DNA of 64,000 bases from positions 31,330,184-31,394,183 of the forward strand of contig NC_068994.1 of NCBI RefSeq assembly GCF_001194135.2, in the 5' to 3' direction. This DNA is from Octopus bimaculoides (Eukaryota). Below are positions 12,801 to 26,090 of the stretch, piece by piece. Numbering within the stretch: the first letter of the stretch is position 1; every line of letters starts with the position of its first letter. A program made the position numbers and the translations under genes. The notes beneath the pieces were generated by a model that was not told the origin of the DNA, searched no databases, and saw nothing but the letters and a program-made list of their open reading frames with translations.

Positions 12801-15800
12801 CTGTGGCAGAGAATGAGTGTAAATCCATTGGAATCAATACCTACAAAATAAAAAACAATAACATAAACATTTTCTTTTTCTTTTTTTTTCCAATGACAAT
12901 TAAAGGCAAAATGGCAATTCCCAATTACATTCTTTTTTTAGGGACACCATGATTATTGGATGTAAAGGAAGTTAATCTCAGGCCAGAGACATGAACCAAA
13001 TACTTGCAGCAGAATAGATTAGACTAAAGACACCCAAAAGACAGGGAGTGGTGTCAAACTAGCCAGTGGATTAAGTCTACCACCCAAGAGTAGGAACTTT
13101 ATTCTAAGAATAGGAATAATCTGTCCAACAGTATTCCACACAGTTCACAGAAGATATTTATCAAATGTTCTGTGCAATGTGATTGATCTTGGAACTATAT
13201 AACTGCAAAGCAAATTTCATGATTACACAGTCATTCCTGCACTTATTAGTTGACATTTTCTGTCAACAAACCATCCACTAGTTCTGTGCTTTTGAATTCT
13301 TTGGGAATAAAAAAAATCCCTAACTTGAAAAATAGGTATAGGCCAGTACCAGGAAAAGCCCCCAGCTATAAAAATGCTTCCATTTAAACTATGCCATCAT
13401 GGAAAAATAGATGTTAAACAAAACAAATGCTGTCAGTACAAACAGAACTGGTTGAGGAGGTACAGGAAAGGTTTTGAGGTTAAGAAGTTTGCTCCCCAAC
13501 CACATGGTTTTGAGTTCAGTCCCAGTGAAAAACCTTAGGTATGTGTCTTCAACTACAGTTTCAGGCTGACCAAAATTCTGTGAGTGTATTTGGTAGATAG
13601 AAACTGTAAAACACCTGTTATATGTATGTATATGCATGTGTATATATTAGTAATAATTTTATAATTGGGTATATGCCTTACATTATGCAATTTAAAGCCT
13701 GTTCACAATATTTGGCTACTTAATGTCATCAACAGTATGGAAGTATATGCCACTGAATTTACTTTGTATCTGTAGATTTTATAAAATATATGAGAGAAAT
13801 AAAATGGAATTCATAAGATTCTTTATTATTCACTACAATCGTTTCAATTCATCGCAGTGAATAGTAAAGAATCTCATGAATTCCATTTTCTTTCTCTCAT
13901 ATATTTTATATACGTGTGTGTGTCCTCTTGTTCTGACATTGTATGATAGTTGTAATGGTAACAAGTGTCACCATCATACAAGAAACATCGTTCATTTCCA
14001 ACCTTCTGTGAAAACATGTCTGGCCATGGGGAAATATTACTTTGCTTGGGAACAAGTAAGGGTTGACAACAGGAACATTGAGAATCTAATTCAATGAACC
14101 CTGTTCATTATTCTTAAAAGTGAGCATTAAAAATATGACAATGATGGTGGTGGTAACAATGGTCTCAGGAAGATTTGAACAAAAATTAAGAAAACTGAAA
14201 TGATACTATTTGAGCTAAAATCAGTCTTATTTAACATAACATTTCTTACAGTAGGTACAATGGGCTTGATTTCAATTTTCTTTCTTTCAGTCATAAGCAG
14301 AGTTAATATGATGAACTCTATACACTCCTCTTCTCAATATTTGCGGCTTTAGCCCATGTTAAACATCAATATATTTGATCCAGCACTTTATATTCTTGTT
14401 GTGTATTGAATTCCTAATCAATATATAACAAATGCTGTACATTTAAATAACTAAAAACTGCCAGTCACATGGCATACATGAGTTTTATGTGAACTTGTTC
14501 ATTTTTATATATATATATATATATTGCAATTAAAATAAACAAGGACACACAATTCATTCCATCGCTACTATATATAACAAATGCTGTACATTTGTTTAAA
14601 TAATTAATTAGGAATTCAATACACAACAATTTTCAAATCAAATATCTTCCCATAGTTAACTTAAAATCAATTTAAAAAATAAGTTAATTATTGAGGAGTG
14701 AGAGGAGGTTTGATTAAACTGACTACATCATAACATACCCCAAATTTGTGCTCATGAGACAATATTACAATTTGTTATTTTTATTTTAGTCTATGAGGCA
14801 GCAAGCTGTCATAATTTTAAGTGGATCAGTAAAAATGTTTAGTGGCTTTTCTTCTGTATCTTTATGTTCTGAGTTCAAATTTGCCTTTCATCCTTTCAGC
14901 GTCAACAAAATAAGCACCAGTAGAGCACTGGAACAGATGTAACCAACTTCCCTGTCCACTCAAAATCGCTAGCCTTGTGTCAACAATTGTTCAAATCCTG
15001 CTGAAGTCAACTTTACCTTTCATCCTGTGGAGTTAATAAAATAAAATACCAGTCAAGGACATCATCATCATCATCAACCTCTGGACATTACTGTCTCAAG
15101 TCCTAGGTTTCATAGGGCCAGATATCAGGTTTTCATGGCATATAAGTAATTGGGATCAGAACATTCTCCCCTTGAATGAGACACCAGTCTGTCAGAGTTA
15201 CTCATTCACAACTGAAAGCTGGTGGAATGACATGAAATGAAGTATGCACTGCCTGGTCCGAGAATCAAAACCACAATCTTGCAATCATGATTGCAGCACC
15301 TAACCACTAGATCACACATCAGAAACAGGAATCAGTTTAAAAGTTTAACCCCTTCCCCTCAAATTTCTCAGCTTAAACCTATATTGGAAGTCATCATTAT
15401 TATTACAATGGCAGTTAAAGTGGCTAACCAGGATAGTCTAAATGCTTTCCATCATATACTTTTGTTTCTATGTTTGGAGTCAAATCTAACAGTGCCATGA
15501 CTGTTATCTAGGGTCAATATAATAAAATAGCAGCACTATACTGAACCAATTCAATTGATCTTTACTTCTACTTAAGGAAGAAATCATTCTTATTGATGAG
15601 TTGCTTTGTTATTTAGCCCTCAGGTAGCTCTGGGGCTAAACAACAACATAAGCATCCCATCCTTGGTGTTTGGTCTGTATAAGATTATATTATCTCCTAT
15701 TCTTTCCATATTTAAGACAGTAGAGTATAATTTGAGGGAGACTTAGTTGTTATTTCAAGAAGATCGAACAACCACAGAGGGGACCTCTGAGGCTGAAGCT

Positions 15801-16660
15801 AATATAGTTTTTAATTAAAAGTTTTGTGACATCTCATTCACTTCTCATACGTTTTTAGGTTAACTTTGTTTTTAATCTTTCAGACGAAAAAGTTATCCAG
15901 TTTAAAATTCTGTTGCTTTTTTTCCTTCAAGTACAAAAATGAATTTTAGTTGTTTTACCAAAACAAATGACTGAGATTATTATCATTGTGGTTGTGTGTA
16001 GCCTTCAGTCATTCCCAATAAAGCAGGTCTTTGGTCAAAAGCATTTCTAGACATGACCATTTGTTTGTACATCAGGAGCAACGTTGCCCCGCGTCCCTTC
16101 CATTTTTTTACAACCGTGGTGTGATCAAGGGAATATTTACCAACTATTTCTTATCGGTCGAGCATAACCACGTAGCGGTTCCCTCGCTGTCTCGAAATTA
16201 TTGTTATTTCATATCAATGCATTCAAATCCTGTTTATATCAATTCTGATTTTCACTCTTCTAAGTCGATGGATTAAGAACCAGTGGTGTACTGAGATTGA
16301 CTAAATCATTACACATCTCTTCCAAGAAAACTGGCATTGTGCCTTTGAAAGAAATCTTCATTTCTTATTTCAAGCAGAACAGCGTGACAAAACTGGCATA
16401 ACGTTTGATACCTTTCTGTGGGTCAATGAAATACGTATTACCAATAGTGTGTTTAATACATCAATGACCTGCATCAAGAGTGGAATAAATAAAACCCTAG
16501 TTTATTCTATTCAGCAAGAAATCGTATTTTTAATTCCAACACGGCGTTCACTTTTCATTTTCTATTTATTTGTATCTTTTCCGTTAACATTCAATAGACA
16601 TAAGATATTGGAATAAACATGCATAACAAACATATCTTAAATGAGAATTTTGACAATCAA

Positions 16661-17454
16661 ACTTACGTTGCCTTCAAAGAATTTTAAATACACAGAAGGA
16701 GTTCTTTCTCCGAACTTGTTTTTAGCATTGTTTTTCCAATAATTAACTCGTACCCAATGATCAACGAGAAACTACCGTCCTGTTAACCATATTTTCTTCC
16801 ACAGAATACGCAATACAATAAATAACTTGGCGGTGAATTACGGTGTTTGTTCTGTCTTAAAATGTTGTAAGGAATATATCGCATCATGTAATTATTTTAA
16901 ATCTTAAAGCAATTGTACAATTATTCGAATCATGATAAAACATATTCAAATTAGACTAGATTTAGTCCATATATTTTTATTCTTAAGAATTTTCACTTTT
17001 CATTATGTATATACCGCTCATATTAAAATTGGAACTGAAACTTCTAAACTACTGTCTAGGTGGCTGGAAGACCTAATCAAGAACAATTCAAATTAAACTA
17101 TTTAATCATTACTTAAAATGTTTAATTATATACACATCTAAACGAGAGCACTTTAAGAGATTACGCTTTCGAGTAATATGGAAATAAATTTGAAAAGAAC
17201 ATTTTAGCAAAAACACCGCTACCGGTTCAGAGATTAGTTACACAGTTTATTATGTCTTTTGATATTTGAAAAAGACAAGAGACACTGCTTTGTTGTTGAT
17301 GAAAGTATTTCTTATTTTCTTTTACTTTATACAATCCGTGCCATTGTCTGCAACAAAGAAGATCGATCTTCATTGTAGATGCAATTCGTTTAAGTTAAAT
17401 AAAAAAAAAAAATACTCCCACTGAACTAGATAACTATCGAGAATTAAGGTGAGT
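16661..17454. promoter_or_regulatory. Putative divergent promoter / first exons of ZNF-A (minus) and ZNF-B (plus)
   Basis: Outward-facing consensus donors AAC|GTAAGT (minus, 16667|16666) and AAG|GTGAGT (plus, 17448|17449) within a locally CpG-retaining region. Confidence 0.5.
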
Positions 17455-17929
17455 ACAGCGCAGAGTTTATTCGTAATCCAGGCATCTAGCATCTTAGTTA
17501 ATCTGTTTTCTGCATTTAAAAAAATAGGAAATTTTAATATATATTTGTCGCTATCTTCGTATTAAAGTGTCATATAGTCTAGCAGCTGACGCAGCATCGT
17601 TTTCTATCAACAGATGGTAATGACATGTTCTTACTATATTTACACTGCTCGGACTACCTAGCCGACACTTGTTAAGCAGCTACGTCTATTCGTAGCTTTC
17701 CATGATCAGTTCAATCGGTCGCTGTTTCTTCGTGGCACAACTATTATCTTACTATTAGACTTTACACCTAATCCATTCAGTCATCTTCAGTAGCTTCTGC
17801 TAGAAAGTTAATATTAATGAACAAGACTCTTAAATAATAATCTGTTAATGTTAGTGACTTTCTTTAGTTGCATTATTATTATTTTTTTTTTTTCCTAATT
17901 TAGACACAAACCTGTGATTTTGGTGAGGA

Positions 17930-18245
17930 GAGTTTTAGTCGATTATATTGACTCTATTTCTTCACTGGTATTTTATCTTATCGATCCCAAAAGGATGAAC
18001 TTAGAACGAAAAGTGCCGGAATCTAGTTACATTAATATTGATTTCAAATTTTGGCACAAGACCAGCAATTTCGGGGGAGCGGGCACGTTGATTATATCTA
18101 CTCCAGTGTTTAACTGGAGTAGATATAATTTTATCAACCCCCGAAAGAATGAAAGGCAAAGTCAACCTCGGCGGAATTTGAACTCAGAGCATGAAGACGG
18201 ACGAAATGCCGCTGAGCATTTTGCCCGGCGAGCTCTCCGCCTTTA
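17930..18245 (-). mobile_element. tRNA-derived SINE, family B
   Basis: Reverse complement carries GGCAAAATGCTCAGCGGCATTTCG..TCTGAGTTCAAATTCCGCCGAGGTTGACTTTGCCTTTCATTCTTTCGGGGGTTGATAAAAT. Further copies at about 7390, 14800, 28025, 39660 and 40685-42930. Confidence 0.8.
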
Positions 18246-19610
18246 GTTACATTAATATTAGCAATTATTTCCAAAATGACGTTTTCTTTTTCTTCCCCCC
18301 TTTTTTTTTTCCGCGACGACATACTACAGCTGATTCTGAACGACTTAACGAAGAAACCTCTATGCGGTCAATCGACCGGCTAGAAATAGCTCAAATGTCT
18401 CTCAAATTGCACCCTTCATTACCATTAAGGTGTATGACGAAAATAAAGCGACGTTCACTATTCGGACTAGGATTTAAATGACAAGCTGTGAAGGTGCAGC
18501 ATCGATAGATAAGGTTACTTTTTTTTTTTTAACAAATACTTACGTGTCATCTTCGGGTAAATTATAGCAGTTATAAGTCTACTTTATCAGAGTTGCTGAA
18601 AACCTAGTCTGCAGGGAGTTAGAAATCTGCGAACTGGGTAAGTGCTGCTTCTTCACATCATTCTGTCCAGGTTCTGTGTTCTGGGCTAGTCACTCTTAAA
18701 CTTTGACGGAACTATTCAACAGGTTGACAAGACTGGTAGATATTTGTATATAAAAATCAAGAGACCAATTGATTTGTAATAGTTTTAAGCTTTTTTGAAC
18801 AGGAGACAAGTAGCTGCATATGATTAATGCAGTTAATGGTAATTTTGACTAATTGCAGATTAATGGCTGAAAGGAAATCATGTATAGAGATGGAATTCTA
18901 AGATGCAGTTGTGGAAAGAAAGAAATAAAGGAATTGTGCTTAGTTGTTCTTGTTGTTGTTTAGTTGCAGGTCTGCTCTAATTGAATAAACTTTACTCAAA
19001 GGTAACTATCCGCTCTCTTTACCAGACACAGAATATCTAGGACCATATTATCTAATGTGTCCTTACTTTTTTTAAGACAGTAGGGTGGTATTTGAGGGAC
19101 ATTTAGATGCTACTTCAAGCAGGTCAAGCAATTACATTAAGGCTCCCTCATTGTAGTGAGACACAGTGAAGAAAATAGGAGATGGGATCATTAGGTTAGT
19201 TTGGCATTGAGTCAGCAAGTTTAAAAGAGTATCTGAAGAAAAAACTCAGAGAGAAAGAGAGATTGATATAGCTTGATAGTGGACATGTATTTCATGAATC
19301 CTGTGTCTGAAGCCTTGGTTCTTGGGTAAACAGTCATCCCTTTTTATGTGACCTAGAATAAGAATAGTTGCACCAGCACTTAGCTGGTAATTTCAGCTGA
19401 GTGCAATGTGAATTGAAGTGCATTGCTGAAGAACACTTGCAATTCCCAGTCCAGGAATTGAACCCTATGACTATAATTGTAAGGCCAACACCCTAACCAC
19501 ATAACAATATACCTTCACAGTCTTAATATAGGGTATGATATATTCTAGTATTGAATGTGCCACACTTTAGTGTTGAATGTGTCATATTCTAATGTAGAAT
19601 GTGTTGTAGT

Positions 19611-20330
19611 CATCATCATCGTTTAACGTCCGCTTTCCATGCTAGCATGGGTTGGACGATTTAACTGAGGAGTGGCGAACCAGATGGCTGCACTAGGCTC
19701 CAATCTGATCTGGCAGAGCTTCTACAGCTGGATGCCCTTCCTAACGCCAACCACTCCGAGAATGTAGTGGGTGCTTTTACGTGCCACTGGCACGACGGCC
19801 AGTCTGGCGGTACTGGCAATGGCCACGCTCAAATGGTGTTTTTTACGTACCACCTGCACAGGAGTCAGTCCAGCAGCACTGGCAACGACCTCGCTCAAAT
19901 GTTTTGTTCACATGCCTCTGGTACAAGTGCCAGTAAGGCGACGCTGGTAACGATCACGCTCAAATGGTGCTTTTTATGTGCCACTGGCACTGAAGCCAGA
20001 CAGCTTCTCTGGCAGTGATCCCGCTCAGATGGTGCTGTTAGCGCTCCACTGGTATGGGTGCCAGTCATCGAATTTGGTTCAATTTCGATTTCACTTGCCC
20101 CAACAGGTCTTTGCAAGCAGAGTTTAGTATCCAGTGAAGAAAGGTTGGCATGGGTGCCAGTCGTTGAATTTGGTTCGATTTCAATTTCACTTGCCTCAAC
20201 AGGTCTTTGCAAGCAGAGTTTTGTGTCCAAAGAAGGAAAAGTACACATAAGTGGGCTGGCTACAGCCCTGGTAAAAGCCATGGGTTATGGTCTCACTTTG
20301 TCTTGCCGGGTCTTCTCACACACAGCATAT
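19611..20330 (-). mobile_element. 5'-truncated RTE-type LINE: 3' UTR plus the last ORF2 codons
   Basis: (ATC)n tail followed by GTTTAACGTCCGCTTTCCATGCTAGCATGGGTTGGACG, as at 30881 and 37661. The ORF2 tip YAVCEKTRQDK lies near 20295-20330. Confidence 0.8.
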
Positions 20331-22488
20331 TGTATTCCGGTGTATAATGTATTATAGGCATTGCTAGTCTTTGATTCTCATCTATAAAATGTCTACTCCT
20401 TGCCTTAGGCTTAACTCATTGCTGGAGTTATAAGAAAGTACCTGATACATGGTATGTCTTGGGCATTTTTAGACCTGGCTGAACCTGTCCCTTTCCAACA
20501 GGGAAAGAAAATAATTTATTCCTGTGTAGTACTGGTATCTTATTTATTGACCACATGAGGATGAACTGTAAAATTGACTTCAGGTGGATTTGAACACAGA
20601 ATGCTAGTGCCGTGTAAATTACACTTGTGCATCATGGTCATCATCGGTGGTGCCATTTAAAGTGGCACCTCAGGAATCATGGTCATTGTTCATAGTGGTT
20701 GCCAGTGCCATGCAAATGGCACCCATGAATCGTCAGGGTCGCTGCTGGTGCCATGTAAATGGCACCCACTCGTGAATCAAAGTCTTGGTTGTTGCTGGTG
20801 CCATGTAACCAGCAACCATGTCAGTGGCATGTAAAAGCACTCTTGAAGTGGTTGGTGTTAAGAAGAGCATCCAGCTGTAGAAACCATGCCAAATGAGACT
20901 GGAACCTGGTGCAACTATCTGGCTCATCAGCTCCAGTCAAACCATCTAACCTATGCCAGCATGGAGAGCAGACATTAAATTATGATGATGATGAATGCAA
21001 AGAGCTGGAATAATTTCACTTCTAAAAGCAATCTATCTGATTCTACCAAAAGGCCCAAAGCTGAGGTTCTCAACCATTTTTTATCTATGGACCCTTTTGA
21101 TTACTATTTTATTCTGGTGGGCCCCCATTGCCATTCGATGTTTAAAAACTAGTTTTATATAAACTTCTTTCAAAATTCCTATTTTGTTTTTCATACATTA
21201 ACTTGAGTAGATTGAACTATGTAAAATGTTAGAGAAAGAAACCTAGCTGTTTCTTGCAATAAATACCAATACATATATGTACAGCAAAATTTTTTCAAGA
21301 GTCCTTAAAAAGTAGCATGTAAAAAGCACCTTTCAAGCATTGGGCCTCATAGAGGCAATGACAAATGACCAAGACTTTTGGCATTATGCTGTGCTTGAGA
21401 AGAAGACCCATCAAGCCAAGTTGTGGCAGGTATTAGTGTCATGCGACTGGCACATGTGCCAGTGGCATGTAAAAAAATTACACTCTCGGATTGGCTGGCA
21501 TTAGGAAGGGCATCCAGCCATAGAAACCATGCCAAATCAGACTGGAGTCTGGTGTAAACCCCTCATCATACCAGTCCTGGTCAAACCGTCCAAGCATGCC
21601 AGTATGGACAATGGACATTAAATGATGATGATGTTCGAGCATGGCTGTGTGGTTAAGAAGCTTGCTTCCCAACTATATGGCACCTTAGGCAAGTCTTCTA
21701 CTATAGCCCTGGGCCAACTAAAACCTTGAGTGGATTTAGTAGATGGAAACTGAAAGAATATACATGTGTGTATATGCACACAATATTTCTCTCTCTTTGC
21801 CTTGTGTTTGTTTGATAGTTGTAAATGAGTGCCATTGTTATGCAAGCAGTGCTTTTCATTTGCAATCTTTTGTGAAAACAGTTCTAGTCAAGAAGGAATA
21901 TTTTGCCTTACTTGGAACCTAGAGAAGGTTGGCAACAGGAAGAGCATCCAGCTCTACAAAATCTGCCTCCAAAAATTCCATCCAGCTTATGTGTGGATGG
22001 AAAAGCTGGATACGAAAATGATGCTGATGATGATAATTTGCATTTAACTTTTCTCTTTTTTATAAAGAGCAAGTTAAAAATATCAATCTAAAAGATTGTT
22101 CTTTTTACTGATGAGTGTTAATTTAAACTTTTCTTTTCTTCCATCATATCAGACTAGATACATGATTTGAATGGTTTAAGGAACAAGGAAACACAGGAAA
22201 AAAAAAATTAACAACTTTTTTCAAAGTTATTCATAGTGCAAGAGAAGCAAAACAGCTTTAACCAGACACTGAAACTACTTTCTGGTCTTGGCTTGCCAAG
22301 GTCCTGCACTTTCACTAAGTTCAAATAGTATATAATAGTTTTATACTAATAAAGTACCAACAGAATTGATTATATGCTCATTAAAAAATGTCACTTGCTT
22401 TTCCTGCAATTTATGTTTCTGTCATCATTTTTTTTTCTTCTTTTTTTTTCAGAATTCAGTTACTGATCCCTGCTGCCAATGTTGAATT

Positions 22489-23937
22489 ATGGTTGATTCT
22501 TTATTCAAAGGCTCATATAAATCTTCTATTGAGTTCAATGACTGTGCTACAAAGAAAAACATCAAAGACACTTCAAAAAGTAAACTTCTTGACTGTGATA
22601 TCTGTGGAAAGTCTTTCTTCCGTCTGAAGAACTTAAAACAGCACCGTAAAACACATACAAATGAGAGACGTTTCCATTGTGATATATGCGGGAAAAAATT
22701 TTTCACTAATTCCCACTTGAAACGCCATCATAGGATACACACTGGAGAACGACCATTCAAGTGTGGCATCTGCAAAAAGGCCTTTACACAAAACAATGAC
22801 CTAAAAAGCCATTTCCGCATCCATACTGGAGAAAAACCTTTCAAGTGTGAAATCTGCAATGAGTCTTTCAGTGAAAGTGGGTCACTGCGGAAACATATAA
22901 AAATTCACACTGGAGAAAAATCCTTTGAGTGTAACATTTGTGGACGTGGTTTTATCCAAAGTAGTCAGTTGAGACAACATATTCTGACCCACACTGGTGA
23001 AAAACCTTTCCAGTGTCAGATCTGCTGTAGGAATTTTGCTCAAAATAGTGCTTTGAAAAGACACTATAGGGTGCATACAGGAGAGAAACCATTTCAATGT
23101 AGTTTTTGTCCCGAGTCTTTTACTCGGAGTTGTTTCTTGAAAAAACACTTAATACATCATAAAGAAGCTAAATCATTTGAGTGTGACATATGTCAGGAAA
23201 TTTTCATGAGGGAAGATGATCTATTGTCTCATTGGGAAATGCATTTTGTTGAGAACACATTTGAAACAGAAACTCATCAAAATACCTGTACTGAAATGAT
23301 TTATATCAATGAAGACAGCGAAATTTATCTTGATAAAAATCCTGTCCCTGTTGCTTTACATATAAATACTTTTGCTTTTGATAATCTAATTGGGTATCAC
23401 AATAAAATGAAAGAGGATAAGTCTTTTAACTGTGATATATGTGGTAAGGATTTTACTACCAAAGCACACCTAAAACGACACAACATGATTCACACAGGGG
23501 AAAAACCACATGAGTGTTCTCTGTGTGAAAAGTCCTTTGCACAACGTAGTGAACTTAAAAGCCATTACAGGACACACACTGGTGAGAAGCCTTTCAAGTG
23601 TGAGATCTGTGAAGAGTGTTTCAGTGAAAAGGGTTCATTGGGAAAACACATGAGGATTCACACAGGGGAGAAGTCATTTAAATGTAATATCTGTGGTCGA
23701 TGTTTTACCCAGAGTGGTCATCTCCATCAGCACATTTTGATTCACACTGGAGAAAAACCATTCAAGTGCGAAACATGTGGTAAACCATTTGCAAAAAATA
23801 GTGCACTAAAAAGACATTACACTGTACATACTGGTGAGAAACCTTTCCCCTGTGAAGTGTGTGGGGAAGCCTTCAGTCAGAGTTGTCATATGAAAAAACA
23901 CCTACTAAAACATCACCTTAGCGAAATGCTCCCATAG
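22489..23937 (+). CDS. ZNF-B: C2H2 zinc-finger protein, 482 aa, 14 fingers in two arrays (8 + 6)
   Basis: Intact ORF with TGEKP linkers. Acceptor (T)nCAG| at 22452, in-frame TGA at 22483-22485 just before the ATG, and AATAAA at 24054-24059. Confidence 0.97.
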   Translation: MVDSLFKGSYKSSIEFNDCATKKNIKDTSKSKLLDCDICGKSFFRLKNLKQHRKTHTNERRFHCDICGKKFFTNSHLKRHHRIHTGERPFKCGICKKAFTQNNDLKSHFRIHTGEKPFKCEICNESFSESGSLRKHIKIHTGEKSFECNICGRGFIQSSQLRQHILTHTGEKPFQCQICCRNFAQNSALKRHYRVHTGEKPFQCSFCPESFTRSCFLKKHLIHHKEAKSFECDICQEIFMREDDLLSHWEMHFVENTFETETHQNTCTEMIYINEDSEIYLDKNPVPVALHINTFAFDNLIGYHNKMKEDKSFNCDICGKDFTTKAHLKRHNMIHTGEKPHECSLCEKSFAQRSELKSHYRTHTGEKPFKCEICEECFSEKGSLGKHMRIHTGEKSFKCNICGRCFTQSGHLHQHILIHTGEKPFKCETCGKPFAKNSALKRHYTVHTGEKPFPCEVCGEAFSQSCHMKKHLLKHHLSEMLP

Positions 23938-25598
23938 CAGTCAAAGATTAAAGAGGTCTGCTAAATTTGTTTTTTGCTTTTTTTTTTTTCTTCTCTTCCC
24001 TTACCCCTGGCTACATATAGTATTATGATATTCCACTGATGTATTTTACCAAGAATAAAATTTATAGATTCAGGATTCAGTTTGGTTTTATATCCAGTAC
24101 TGGAAACATGGGAAAAATTATATAAGCATGGCAACTCAATATTTGAGGTAGTTACTGCTTAGAATAAAATTTGCACTAACAAGTGATCAGTTGTAAGTGG
24201 ATATTGTTATTGGCAGTTCTATAATTATCAACACAAGTAGAGGTGGAACTAGCAACATAAGTAATTTAAGATAGGAAAGACTGATATAAAAACAAACAAC
24301 ATATAGTATTGTTGATGATGAAGCTGAGTATATCTATTAAAGTATTTCTTGGTATGGCAGTGACCAAATGAACATTTGATGGTAACTGTTTTTAATCTAT
24401 CAGTTATAATCTAGGTTTTAATCTATTTGTTATTGCTGGTACTTATTTTATCAAAAACATGTCCAAGGAATAAAAATGAAGATTAATTTGACCTTTGTGG
24501 AAATTGAAATCCAGATTGAATGTTACTGGTTCATTCGTTTATAGTCTTGACCACCACTTCAGCACCGAGCCATCATCTTGCTTGGATTGTTAGGTTTCTA
24601 TAAATCTTATTATTTGATTAGTTCCTTCTCAAAAATTATCACATATTTTGAGTTTAGTACTTAAAGTTTGTATGCTAACTCTTAAAGTTACCATTGGATT
24701 ATTGTTTAAATAAAAACCACATGTAACTTTATCAAAATACTATAGATTAAGTAGTATAATTTACTCAGTTGCCAGAAAAAATTCTGTTGTGCTTTATTAT
24801 ACAGATTTAGTAAAATGCAAGAGTTTCAAGCTGAACTTAAACCTTACAGCTTTAGTGTACCTAACTCAGCAGAAGGGTCGGTACATTATATAACAGAAGA
24901 CAAAAAGTAATTTTTTACTTACAGTTGTAGCAACAACCAAAAACTACTGTCTCTTCCTCTTTCTCAAAACACTTTACAAGAATTGATCCTATGAAACTCC
25001 TGAAAACAGTGTTTTGCTTTATTTGCTTGGAGCAAGGGAAACTGCAGTGCCAGGAAATTGGGTGCCAGCACTTGTATGGGTATTTTACGATAACGAATAA
25101 TTTACTTATTTTAACACTATGTTCCAATCATCAAAAATTAAATATTGATTTGGATCATTGAAATAACAAATGTCCAATATTAATGAGTGTCTCAAGCAAT
25201 TCATCTAATGTTCACATATAATACACTTTTCCATTAAGTGTATGTCCACTTGATTGACATTTTAGTTTCATATCGAAACGTGGCATTGCAGTATACATTT
25301 TGTGGGGCTAATGCAGTTTCGCACCTCACCTTCAAAAATGCATTTTTTTGAAAAAATTTCCTCAGATTCCAAGGTTTTAGATGTCGGAAATTACAAACAT
25401 GCAAAATGAAATTTTTGAGATTTTTAACCCCCCGCCCTTCATTCTGAATGTATTGTTGTCTATTGAAGTGTGGAAATTTAATTAAAGCAGGTATGTAAAG
25501 TACACTTTCTATGTTCATTTGGCTAAACTGTAGAAATTGTTGTTTTGATATTGTTGTTAAAATCCCCATATTCTAAAGTTTAAAATTGGGGGCAAGGG

Positions 25599-26090
25599 CA
25601 GTGGCAGCTCATAGATAAAATTATTGGGGATGCTGCTTCAGAAAATGTTTAGCTGTTGTTTTTAATACTGTGTAAAAGGAAACAAATGTATAAAAAGAAA
25701 ATTTATACATAAACTTGATCGGTTTGCATTTTAGCCACTGCCAGGTAGTGTGTTTAATTTGTTCATTGAACACTGCCATAAATTACCCCTTGTTTTTCAA
25801 AAAAACTCCTAAATCACAAAATAAGGGAGGAAATATATCCTATATTTCAAATTCTGGCAGCAACACTGAAGCTGGAAGCAGGATAATAATCTGGTTCTAC
25901 ACTTTATCACATTCAAGAATATAAACATATTTTTAAGCACAACACATGCGGAGTCAAAAAGAAACACGTGGGCTCAGCACTGTCGTTCATGCAGTACTCT
26001 CTCTCCCTAGCATGAAGCTTCCTATCTCAGACATGTGAGCTTGTGCACAACAGCCAAACACCGCGTTGCTGTAACTGTGAAGCGCACAAG
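25599..26090 (+). mobile_element. hAT-like MITE, truncated copy A
   Basis: Starts CAGTGGCAGCTCA; about 490 bp is colinear with 26979-27450. Confidence 0.75.

Noticed and set aside
20649-20810. CRISPR-like array of palindromic 20-mers with spacers
   Set aside because: Eukaryotic context, irregular spacing, no cas genes; it is part of an RTE-related 3' UTR.
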